The position numbers and the translations under genes were made by a program. From Epithemia pelagica (lineage: Eukaryota > Protista > Bacillariophyta), in contig OX337230.1 of assembly GCA_946965045.2 (NCBI GenBank), positions 186,001-250,000 on the forward strand: a DNA stretch of 64,000 nucleotides, given 5' to 3'. A model generated the notes under the pieces. That model was not told where the DNA came from. It did not search any database and worked only from the letters and a program-made list of their open reading frames with translations. Numbering within the stretch: the first letter of the stretch is position 1; each line of letters opens with the position of its first letter. This document shows positions 55,301 to 64,000 of the stretch, one piece after another.

Positions 55301-58300
55301 TTCGCTGTCAGGGAACAAGTGTGCCCAAGTCTTCACCGACGGGCAGTTCACCTCGGTTTATCCCATGGTCAGCAAGGCACATGTCGGGCAAGCGCTTGCA
55401 AGGTTCATTGATGAAGTCGGCATACCCGACAAGATGACGGCAGATATGGCCGGAGAGCAGGTTGGTGAATCCACCATGTTCCAGAAATTGGTCCGCATGC
55501 ATCGTATTGACATGCACTGGACAGAGCGCAATACGGGGAAACAAAATCACCGTGCCGAACGCGAGATCGGGTTGCTCAAACAGAGGTGGCACAGACGTGC
55601 CATGGATCTTCATGTCCCAAGAAGGCTTTGGGACTATGGTCTCGTTTACGAGGCCGGTGTACTCAGTCGAGTCGCCCGGGGACATGACGGCCGATCCGGC
55701 TTAGAACGACTCTCAGGAGATACACCGGACATCTCGGAGTGGATTGATTTTTCCTTCTATGACCTCGTGTGGTTTCACAACAATGCCAAAACAGATGCAG
55801 CGGACGATCTCGTGCAGCTGGGATACTGGTTAGGGATTGCGCATCGAATCGGGAGTGACCTTTGCTACTGGATCTTGACAAAGGGGGGAAAGGTGATTGC
55901 TCGGACAACGGTGCAACATGTCACGGAAGAAGATATGGGAAAGCCAGACATTGCCGAAAGGGTCAAACAATTCAAGTTGATTGTTGAGGAGAGGTTAGAC
56001 GATCAGAATTTCACCGATGAAGAAGGAAATGGGCCGGGTTATCTCGAGGATGTAGAACCGGAAGAGGAAAGACGGGGACGTGTCGGGATCGTCCCAACGG
56101 ACGACGAATATGGTGACATGATCGTCGAGGAGACAGATGAGGCCGATTTGCACGGGGAAGGATACGACGAGTACATCGGAGCACAGATACAAGTCGAGAT
56201 GGGAGGTGAGCAGATGTTTGGCACAGTGGAAAAACGGCAAAAAGGGTTAGATGGCAAGCCAGTAGGAAAGTTCAATCGAAACCCGAAATTCGACACAAGA
56301 ACGTACCAGGTAAGCTTTCCTGGTGGCGTGATACAGGAATACACTGCCAACTTGGTGGCGGAAAATCTCTATTCACAGCTGGACACGGAGGGAAAGAGAT
56401 ACGTCGTTATACAGGAGATCGTCGGTCACAGGAAAAACGGGGACGCTGTGGCCATCGAGGACGGATACCATGTGGGACAGAACGGGAATCGGCACCCGAA
56501 GAAAACGACGAAAGGATGGGAAATAGCTGTCGAATGTCGAGACGGGACGCAAATGTGGATACCTCTTAGGGACGCGAAAAATGGGTACGCAGTCGAGTTG
56601 GCAGAGTACGCGGTCGCACAAGGGCTAGTGGAAGAACCAGCATTCAAGTGGTGGGTGCCACAGACGCTAAACCATATGCGTCGGATGGTGAAGAAAGTGA
56701 AGAAGAAATATTGGAAGACCACGGAGAAATATGGGATAAAGCTACCCCATTCGGTTGAAGAGGCACTAAAGATTGATGAGGTAACTGGAACTACCTTCTG
56801 GAGGGATGCGATAGACAAGGAGCTCAGGGTAGTGAAGGTAGCATGGGAAGCGAGGGACGATCTGGATCTAGAAGAGGTACGAGCAGGGCGGCAGCTCATC
56901 GGGTATACGGAAATTAAATGTCATATGGTTTTTGACATAAAAATGGATCTTACCAGGAAGGCACGGCTCGTGGCAGGGGGGCATATGACTGACGCGCCGT
57001 CAAGCCTGACCTACTCGAGCGTCGTCAGCCGAGACTCAATCAGGATTGCTTTTCTCATTGCCGCACTCAATGGGCTAAAGGTACTCGCGTGTGATATAGG
57101 TAATGCCTACTTGAATGCGCCATGTCGAGAGAAGATTTGGTTTCATGGGGGTCCGGAAGTGGGGAACGAGTTTCAGGGAAAGGTCTGTGTCATGGTAAGG
57201 GCCCTATACGGGCTGAAATCCTCCGGTGCAAGTTGGCGGGCCACGCTCATGGTGACCCTTTATGATATGGGTTTCATTGACACCCAAGCGGATCCATGTG
57301 TCCTACGGAGGAAGGCGAGGAGAAGCTCGGGAGAGGAATATTATGAGATCATATTAGTCTATGTGGATGACATACTACTGGTAAGCGAAGATCCGCATCC
57401 GGTACTTGACGAGATTGATAAACATTACAAGATCAAAGCAGGGAGCGTGGGTGAGCCAACAGTGTATCTCGGCGCTCAGATATATAAACACAACTTGCCA
57501 AGCGGGTCATGGGCATGGGGCATGTCCAGTGAAAAATATGTCGCCAACGCGATTCGAATCGTGGAAGATCTTCTCAAGGAAGACGGGGACGGGAAACACC
57601 TTAAAACGACGGCCAAGGTACCGGTTGTCTCTTCTTACAAGCCGGAGTTGGACACAACCCCAGAACTCAACGCAGCATTAACGTCGCGGTATCAACAGTT
57701 GATTGGTGTGTTACGTTGGGCCGTGGAGATTGGGCGAGTGGACATCTACTTGGAAGTGTCCATTCTTTCACAATTCTTGGCAAACCCGAGGGTCGGTCAC
57801 TTGGAGGCAGTCTATCACATATTTGCTTTCCTCAAGTCGCACTCGAAGCTGAAGCTGGTCTTTGATCCAAAGGACGTGGTGCTGGATGAGTCATGTTTTC
57901 CCCAAGTGCCAATTGACGATTGGAAAGAGTTTTACGGCGAAGTTGCCGAGGAGATTCCAAGTAAAATGCCTCCACCATTGGGGCGTCCTGTCAGTATCAC
58001 ATGTTTCGTGGATGCTGACCATGCTGGAAACGTTGTCACTCGTCGATCTCACACCGGTATACTCATCTTTGTGCAAAATGCTCCCATCTTGTGGTACTCC
58101 AAGAGGCAAAATACCGTTGAAACTTCAAGTTTTGGCAGCGAATTTGTCGCGCTTCGTATCGCCAAGGAAATGATCGTCGCATTACGGTACAAACTTCGGA
58201 TGTTTGGGGTTCCTTTGGTTGGTCCGGCGAGTGTTCTCTGTGACAACCGGGGTGTCGTGAAAAACACGAGTCTCCCGTCTTCAGTCTTGAGCAAGAGGCA

Positions 58301-58520
58301 CAATGCTATCAACTACCACTCGGTACGCGAGGCAGCAGCGGCATCTATTATCCGTGTGGGCAAGGAAGATACTGAATCCAACATCGCTGATCTTTTCACC
58401 AAGATCTTACCACGGGAACGTCGGAATATTCTCATTTCGCAGTTTACGTATTCGGCCGCTTTCGGGGCAGGCGGTCCTCCGTCCTTATCTACCAATGGGA
58501 CCAATCCCGCACACCTCTAA
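52350..58520 (+). CDS. Gag-Pol polyprotein (2056 aa)
   Basis: Gag PLDYVIR; protease MDTMADTCC; integrase YTDTLF / MTAD / QNHRAEREIG; chromo-like segment; RT KARLVAGGH and YVDDILL; RNase H FVDADHAG, GSEF, LCDN, NIADLFTK; uninterrupted. Confidence 0.97.
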   Translation: MATSTRSNTKTATASGRSGSGSGSGSGSGGGSGNGNPGATGNGGGDRTSRHGASMGTGAGGSDPPGGVPGTTGGTAAGTAAGTAPGVAAPGGAPGTGAGSAGTGGAGGGAGAGCGALGAGGGGHGGGAAGGGGGGGAAGGGAGGGAGGGAGGGAGGGGGGAGGGGAGGGGGDGIPPGVPAPPPPLSAVGMALSVCGANPFEIYALEHTERLNTLESYGRMTSDDVTQLVSRLEKRPYPHNVAIPSSVVKNIQGMCFWSARARRQGRPLNYGDFTTAVLAESLDAMEIQSEKSSAPDIKPSALKEEDWEDWSQEFPTYLSHIYGKQKAPLDYVIRPDLAPTHVFASTREQELYSYPLGGPYFKEDNKEVFRLLSDLVKDQPATWIQPFQASQDGRRAWMALVDHFDGGGQKERRISKAEAILETVVYQNERVFSFDSYSAQLLRAFRTLDSTPNRRSTANQVKILIDNMKVATAEFAVIKSYVRSNHRTDLQGAIAYISREISDIYPDVAVGNRRNQGRHRFVSEATSSNRPRNFTGLEQNNGVYTFFGVDVTDVTRRFSSQEMNLLGPSGQAYIHQERERVRAQGGRGGGRTFGGRGRGRGGRGHGGGRHGGGGRGVAEIQMENQSVITDITNEGNRTTSGGNGGSDGNRGSDGNTQGERGSTNGRRFGNGAYGDDSGSSRHGISVVNCGPQRRVGKVEKGWLLKQGSGGETGRNEMDTMADTCCAGRNWTLVETTGMECTVNDFAGNQVGATSVPVATCATVVRDRKSGMEIVIIGHQMLWFGNRLDKSLLNQNQVRHAGHDVRDDPTRQDKEGFGIWIDGFHIPFQLRGTTVYFESRAPSPQDIESLPSVVLTRQEKWDPHTVDLLQKGDSPYLETHDMGMAGVGAISAALVPQRINRELAARPRVKQVESTRHGAVTPESLSRKWRIGLDSARATLRVTTQQGIRTAISPITRRYRVDNLALHRNRLQTRIYTDTLFSKTTSLSGNKCAQVFTDGQFTSVYPMVSKAHVGQALARFIDEVGIPDKMTADMAGEQVGESTMFQKLVRMHRIDMHWTERNTGKQNHRAEREIGLLKQRWHRRAMDLHVPRRLWDYGLVYEAGVLSRVARGHDGRSGLERLSGDTPDISEWIDFSFYDLVWFHNNAKTDAADDLVQLGYWLGIAHRIGSDLCYWILTKGGKVIARTTVQHVTEEDMGKPDIAERVKQFKLIVEERLDDQNFTDEEGNGPGYLEDVEPEEERRGRVGIVPTDDEYGDMIVEETDEADLHGEGYDEYIGAQIQVEMGGEQMFGTVEKRQKGLDGKPVGKFNRNPKFDTRTYQVSFPGGVIQEYTANLVAENLYSQLDTEGKRYVVIQEIVGHRKNGDAVAIEDGYHVGQNGNRHPKKTTKGWEIAVECRDGTQMWIPLRDAKNGYAVELAEYAVAQGLVEEPAFKWWVPQTLNHMRRMVKKVKKKYWKTTEKYGIKLPHSVEEALKIDEVTGTTFWRDAIDKELRVVKVAWEARDDLDLEEVRAGRQLIGYTEIKCHMVFDIKMDLTRKARLVAGGHMTDAPSSLTYSSVVSRDSIRIAFLIAALNGLKVLACDIGNAYLNAPCREKIWFHGGPEVGNEFQGKVCVMVRALYGLKSSGASWRATLMVTLYDMGFIDTQADPCVLRRKARRSSGEEYYEIILVYVDDILLVSEDPHPVLDEIDKHYKIKAGSVGEPTVYLGAQIYKHNLPSGSWAWGMSSEKYVANAIRIVEDLLKEDGDGKHLKTTAKVPVVSSYKPELDTTPELNAALTSRYQQLIGVLRWAVEIGRVDIYLEVSILSQFLANPRVGHLEAVYHIFAFLKSHSKLKLVFDPKDVVLDESCFPQVPIDDWKEFYGEVAEEIPSKMPPPLGRPVSITCFVDADHAGNVVTRRSHTGILIFVQNAPILWYSKRQNTVETSSFGSEFVALRIAKEMIVALRYKLRMFGVPLVGPASVLCDNRGVVKNTSLPSSVLSKRHNAINYHSVREAAAASIIRVGKEDTESNIADLFTKILPRERRNILISQFTYSAAFGAGGPPSLSTNGTNPAHL

Positions 58521-58557
58521 TGGGGCCAGTAACTCAACTCTCATTGGTTGATCCACT

Positions 58558-58566
58558 GGCGGGGAC
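58558..58566 (+). other. Polypurine tract
   Basis: GGCGGGGAC immediately 5' of the 3' LTR. Confidence 0.65.
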
Positions 58567-58744
58567 TGTCTCATTCTGGTCGATACGGGATTGATACGTC
58601 AGCATGACGTAGATTGGGCCTTATGGCGACGTAGATTGGGCCTTATGGCCGGGGGGCCACTTTACTGGTTTTATGCGATGGATGTAGTTGTAACGCTTAT
58701 CTTAGTCTTTCTTTGGAACGGATTCTATCAAGTAGAATAAGACA
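58567..58744 (+). repeat. 3' LTR (178 bp)
   Basis: Identical to 52134-52311. Confidence 0.97.
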
Positions 58745-59081
58745 GAGATACTGTCTCGGACAGTGTCGCTGAGACATGACTGGCTCGCGTGTTTGTAATT
58801 TTGATGAGCTCCTCACTTTTTTGGGTTGCGCAACACAGTTTTGCGAAAACGAAAGAGGTGCGCCAAGAGCGAGACAACAACACCCACAACGAAACGAAGA
58901 TGGATTTGGACTGTACTATGTACAATGTCTCAACGGACTTGTTGCAACGTGGTCTCTTGCGCACACTCATCTGGACCAAGGAGCACAAGAAGAGAATCAA
59001 AAAGACGAGAAAGTACGATCCAACTGCGAAACGCCGTCTGTGGTGCGGGTGCTGGTGCTTGTTGTCCTTTGGTCCGTTCCC

Positions 59082-62000
59082 ATGGACTGGTCGTCGTTCT
59101 CATGGCACGCCTGGTGTCGATTGTGCAAGAAGCAAGAGAAGCCAAAGACTGTTGGGAGTGAATGGCGCCATTCCGGAAGCCATGGCTCGTGGCTCGCGGG
59201 GTATTGGCGACTGCGGCTGCTGCTGCTTTGGATACTGATGGGGTACTACCGTGTTGCTGTTGTGGTGGTGGTGGATGCGGCATTGCTGGACACTCGGACG
59301 ATTCCAAGTAGTAGTAGCAGCAGCAGGAATTATCCTTGGGAAATCCCAGACGACGACAAGGACGACAAAACCAATGGCAAGCATCACCATACACAAAAGC
59401 AAAAGCAAAAACAACCCAATGGTAAGGAAGAAAATCGTGAGGTGGAGGAGGATGACGATGAAAACGATGAGGAAGAGCAACAGGAGGACGAGGAAGAAGA
59501 GGAGGACGAGGACGACGAGGACGAGGAGGAACTATGGACGGAACACGAGCGAATGGAAGACTTGCTTTCCATTGAATTCTCTGCCCCAATGGACACAACA
59601 AACCATCATGACAACACGCAACAACTCGTGGACGAGGTTCTGCAAGGATCAGGACTTGTGGATCGATTGCAGTCCTTGTTGAAACGGGCTACCACCATGG
59701 AATGTCGGACCTTGATTGCCCAACACTATGGCTACCTTGTCGCAGCCGTGGGACGGGAACACACGCTACCCTTTGCCCATTGGGACCGTTTGGAAAGTTC
59801 CTGTCCTCGGACGAAGGAGGACCAAGACGATGAGGAGGACGATTACGATCAGGATGATGATGACGACGACGACGAAATCATGGTCCATCCGGATCAACTT
59901 CAATTGTTGTATGTGATATTGACGCATGATGATCCACAATCCACCATTCGATTAATTCAAACCTTGTCGGAACCAAAGGATTCCGAGCAGCAGCAACCGC
60001 AATTTGTCATTCATGTCGATGGCAAACCAGCCTCGGATGAAACCTTTGCCATCTTGTCCACCTTTGCCGAGCATCAGTCACATGTGCATGTCGTACCGGA
60101 CCAACATCGCGTCCGAGTCACGTGGGGTGGTTTTGGAATGGTGCAAGCCACCTTGGTCATGTTGCAGTATGCCTTTGGACACTTGTCGTCCTCGTCGTCG
60201 TCCTTCACGGCCTTGGACTTTGACAAGGTCATTCACTTGTCGGGGTCTACCTATCCAATCGCTTCCAATCGAGAAATTCGACATGTGTTGAGCCACTATC
60301 CACTCGATAGCAACTTTATGCACATTCCGCCCAAGCCGTGTAAGTTTAGTGTGAATGGTATCATGTGGACTCTTTCGGTGACACACATCTCACACAAGCC
60401 TGTTTCTTACATCCTGTCTACATGTGTTTTGTTTGGTTTTTATACGACCAATCTCTCTCTATATACATATATATTCAGTCACTCCGAATCAATGGTCCTA
60501 TTTTGTGGAATGCGACGATCAAGTCCATCGAATCTACGACTTGGATCTTCCCGTCACATTTGATCTTTGTACGTATTTATTGTTCAAAAAACGGATACCA
60601 GCACTTTCAACGACGTGCATACTCTCATTTGCCTGTTTTGCTTGTGTGTGTCGCTTTTGTCTTTCTACATACTGTCGAAATGATCACAGATACCTCCAGT
60701 CAATGGTGGATTCTGAGTCGATCCTTTGCCCAGTACTTGGCCGTGGCCGAACGCGGGACCTTTGTTCACGAGTTTTTGGAATATGCCTCTCATGTTGTGG
60801 TGGCGGATGAAACCTTTTTTGGAACCGTCTTGCTAAATACGCCCTATTGCACAACCTGGGTCCATTCCAATTTTCATGTCGTGTGGCTTGGTCCATGGGA
60901 AAATGAACTTGCTGTGTCCGATCGAGACGCGGCTAAATGTCCCATGAAGGATCCCAATCATTGTGGACGATCTCCCGTGACCTTGCAACTGGAAGATTTG
61001 CCCGTGTTGGAATTGAGTGACAACTTGTTTGCTCGAAAAGTGGGTATAGTTACGGAGAATCATGTGATATGGCTGTCTGTGTCTCACACTGAATCCTGGT
61101 TGGGTCTTTTCCTTGCTCTCTTTCTCAATAATAATAGCTGGTTCAATCAGATGCTGTAAAGGATGCCATTGATGTTTGGCGGACCAAGCCGTTTCTTTCA
61201 CAGAACGACCAAACCTTTGGGAGGGGTACGTCAATGAAACTGGGTGGACAAGGTATCTTGCTAATGGCCAAAAATACGGTTCGTGATGTCATGCCACTTT
61301 GTTTGGGCGTTTCCTCGTACAGGACCACTACAAACCATAAAAAGGTCGTCCTGACACCATGCTTCACGCAACACCAACAGCAACAACAACAAGCGCGGGA
61401 TTTCAACGGGGAGATTCCTTCACTCATGACAATCCAGGAACTGCAAAAACAACCACTGGCAGAGCATGTTCTATGGGAGTTTGATGTTTGTTCCACGATC
61501 GATGGTGAGCTACATCATGATCCTACTACTGGATCAATGCAAATGACACGTGACAATCACAGCCTCACAGGACCTCGATGTTCCTTGACAACCTGGAGGA
61601 ATTCATCGTCCTTGTCGTCTTTTTGTTTGGATGGAATGACACTCGGCATGAAACCATTCCAACCACCACAAGTCATGTCAGCAGTCGAGGAAGATTTCTG
61701 TCGATACAAATGGCACCAACTGGTGTCATTTGGAGACGGTCTCGTGGCACCCTCCAACGCTTTGTTTGTGACGGTTCCACATTACTTTCTTCATGCCCTC
61801 GAATTGCAACAGGAGAACAACGACCAAGACCACAAGTACATGTGTCTCGGTGTACCTCACCTGAATGATTCCAATGTCACCATCGCATGTGACGACCCTG
61901 AAGCCGAGCATTCTCCTAAAACCAACACGACATGGACCCCGGGCGCAACCAACAATGTCAAGGATCGCAGAATTCGCTTATTTCCCTGCACTATAGAGGA

Positions 62001-62100
62001 GAACGTCATTGAATGGCTCTATGTGCCGATGTCGAAGCACTCTTTATTCAACTCTCACCAGACGCTCTTGCCGAACGACCCATTTGTCAATTCTGCATGA
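59082..62100 (+). CDS. Glycosyltransferase family 14 (core-2/I-branching/xylosyltransferase-like) with C-terminal Cys-patterned domain (~886 aa); exons 59082-60339, 60479-60568, 60690-61039 and 61138-62100
   Basis: LYVILTHD, FVIHVDGK, VTWGGFGMVQATL, IHLSGSTYPI, SQWWILSR, ADETFFGT and LFARK; three GT-AG introns keep frame; N-terminal TM and acidic stem. Confidence 0.8.
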
Positions 62101-62188
62101 GAATGTGGTTCAGTTTCGCCAGCCGGAAGTGAATGAGAAGATATCATCTCTGAAGAAAACAGAAAAAAAACGTTCTTGAAAACATCAT

Positions 62189-63397
62189 CTACTCAGTTGC
62201 AGGTGAGGTGTCCTCTTCACCAGCCTTGAGTGGGAAGCTAATCTTAGTATCTTCTACGATGAAAAAGGGACGTACGATGTCGCTGTCTTGATCCCGGGCA
62301 TAAATCACCAAGGTTTTGGTAAGTCGTGGACCAACATCACCCAGGAGACGTGTGTACCACCAACGGTAGCGAATATGGGAAGCTCGACTGAGAATCAAGC
62401 GTTCCCTTTTGTCCAGTGGATCAGCCCTACTGAAGCTCAAATGGCTACCATGTTTGATCAACATTCGAAGAATGTGTGTGACATTGTAGGCTGTCGGGTA
62501 ATGCAAAATTCGTTCCTGCGTGTCCAAGAATGCCGATACCAACACCCAATTACTGGAGAAAGAGATGGATTCGGACCGATACGCAAATCTTGATAGCATG
62601 GATTCCCAATCAGCAACATCTGGATAAAATGTACGCATACAGTATGACAACATAACACTGGAGGACCATGCCGACATGGACTGGCTGTGGTTATCGATCT
62701 TGTTATGATTGAAACCCTGGAAAAACTCGTTCATGAGTAGTTGTACTTTGGGCAGTTCCTCGGGATGGTAGACCTTGTCTTGACATGTCTTGTTTTCGCC
62801 TTGTGGGATGACCCAACGTGTGGGTCTGTCTTGTTCCGTATGATAGGTTGTGACCAATCTCATGACGAGTGACCCGAGGGCCATTTGCTGTTGTTGTCGA
62901 TTCAGTACACGCAGTTTTTACGGCGTGAACGACCTACATGCTTGATCAAGTGTTGCTCACACAAGAGTTCTTGAACCGTATAAGTGGGACATAGCTTGGA
63001 GAGAGCCCGGCATGTCATGGCACATGCTCCCAAGTCGCGTACCGACAAAAGCGAACGGATACGGCTTTCGAACAAGTGACACCCAATTCCTTTCTCATCG
63101 TTGAAAAAGCCAACCGGAAATGTTGACGATAGAGACGATGGCAGCAAGGTAGATCTTCTCTTACTCTTGCGGTTTTTGCGTTTCCGTGTTTTCCCCTTAT
63201 TAGTTGCAGTTGAAACCGTCGAGGCAACAGTCAAGCGCTCTATCTGACGTAGGACAAGTTCATAGTTTTGCCGCCATGGCAAGTCATCAGGTTCATGGGA
63301 ATACAATCACTGTTCGAAAACGTTGGTTGAGGGACTCTCGGGAAATATCAGATATGAGATTGGTTTGATCATGCGACAGAATTTTGTGATGACTCAT
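62189..63397 (-). pseudogene. Frameshifted F-box-like gene
   Basis: ATG 63397 frame (MSHHKIL...) stops near 63295. A second frame carries the F-box-like IRSLLSVRDLGACAMTCRAL and stops at 62902. A third frame runs 62884-62189. The second break is fixed by one extra A in an A5 run (62915-62919) or by a 50-nt intron (62937-62888). Confidence 0.45.
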
Positions 63398-63435
63398 AAT
63401 TAACACTCATCCCACAGTCAAAGGGTTTTTACGAG

Positions 63436-63846
63436 TTTATGTGATTGGTCCATTTTTATGAATTTATGTGATTGGTCCATTTGCTGGCTCCCGGTGGTCT
63501 AAAGAAGCATTCATGGTTTGATAGCATAGTCTTCTTGTAAGAGGAATGCTCCTTTTCTCTGCATACTAGATGATGGTTCTACTCTGTGAAATGTAGAGTT
63601 GGCATCCTCCGATGATAGAGATGGAGAACGCTCCTGGTATCTACACAATGAAAGTAGTAGTGGTAACCTTCATTCGATCGAGAGAGCTTTTGGGGAATGA
63701 CAACCCGGACGTCAAATACACTCTTGCCAGAATACGAGGCTTGAAACTGGCGCGATGGGTCCAGATTACATTCGACGGGCTTCTGTGAACGAGAAGAATC
63801 CTTCTTTATACACATCAGTTAACATCCTCCGAAGATAGAGATGGAA
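63436..63846 (+). repeat. Two short direct-repeat pairs
   Basis: TTTATGTGATTGGTCCATTT at 63436 and 63463; CATCCTCCGA(T/A)GATAGAGATGGA at 63603 and 63823. Confidence 0.7.
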
Positions 63847-64000
63847 TCTAGACAGTATTCTTATGCCTCCAGCTCTTACTACCCAAGATAATGGATAATA
63901 GCTATCTATATAGAGAGCCACATTTTACTATCCGCGTCTAAGTACGAAGCCGGTCGCTCGCCTTTCCATGCACAGCAAAACACGAAGCGAAACGCCGGGC

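Larger units (their letters stand above)
52134..58744 (+). mobile_element. Full-length Ty1/copia (CoDi-like) LTR retrotransposon (6611 bp)
   Basis: Identical 178-bp TG..CA LTRs, PBS, polypurine tract, and a single gag-pol ORF with PR-IN-RT-RH order; flanked by GAGA direct repeats (52130-52133, 58745-58748). Confidence 0.97.

Noticed and set aside
63579-63815. Minus ORF of 78 aa, and a plus-strand LLGNDNPDVKYTLA TPR-like snippet
   Set aside because: Too short and ambiguous; near the window edge, with no supporting structure.

Overview
Eukaryotic genomic DNA, most likely from a pennate diatom. This is inferred from GTACGT/GTAAGT..AG introns, a bipartite plastid-targeting presequence, a diatom-type cyclin, a CoDi-like copia element and low-complexity Q/T/N-rich genes. 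About 19 host genes can be supported, including a PMP34-like SLC25 carrier, Ycf49/DUF2499-DUF3593 fusion, HAD hydrolase, SPC25, GT92-like, GT11-like, GT14, sulfotransferase-like, Kelch, PGP synthase, GNAT, cyclin, a coiled-coil protein and a nucleoside-phosphorylase-fold protein. Two complete mobile elements are present. The first is a 6652-bp hAT DNA transposon (3353-10004; 14-bp perfect TIRs, 8-bp TSD TTCACAGG) carrying an intact transposase plus a convergent cargo gene with an endonuclease III-like HhH-GPD glycosylase domain; this is the most notable observation in the window. The second is a 6611-bp intact Ty1/copia element (52134-58744) with identical 178-bp LTRs and an apparent half-tRNA-Ile primer site. 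A Crinkler/RHS-like nuclease island with decayed fragments lies at about 35-39 kb, and there is a 200-N assembly gap. No rRNA, tRNA or CRISPR array was recognised. All domain calls come from motif recognition by eye; no database search was run.
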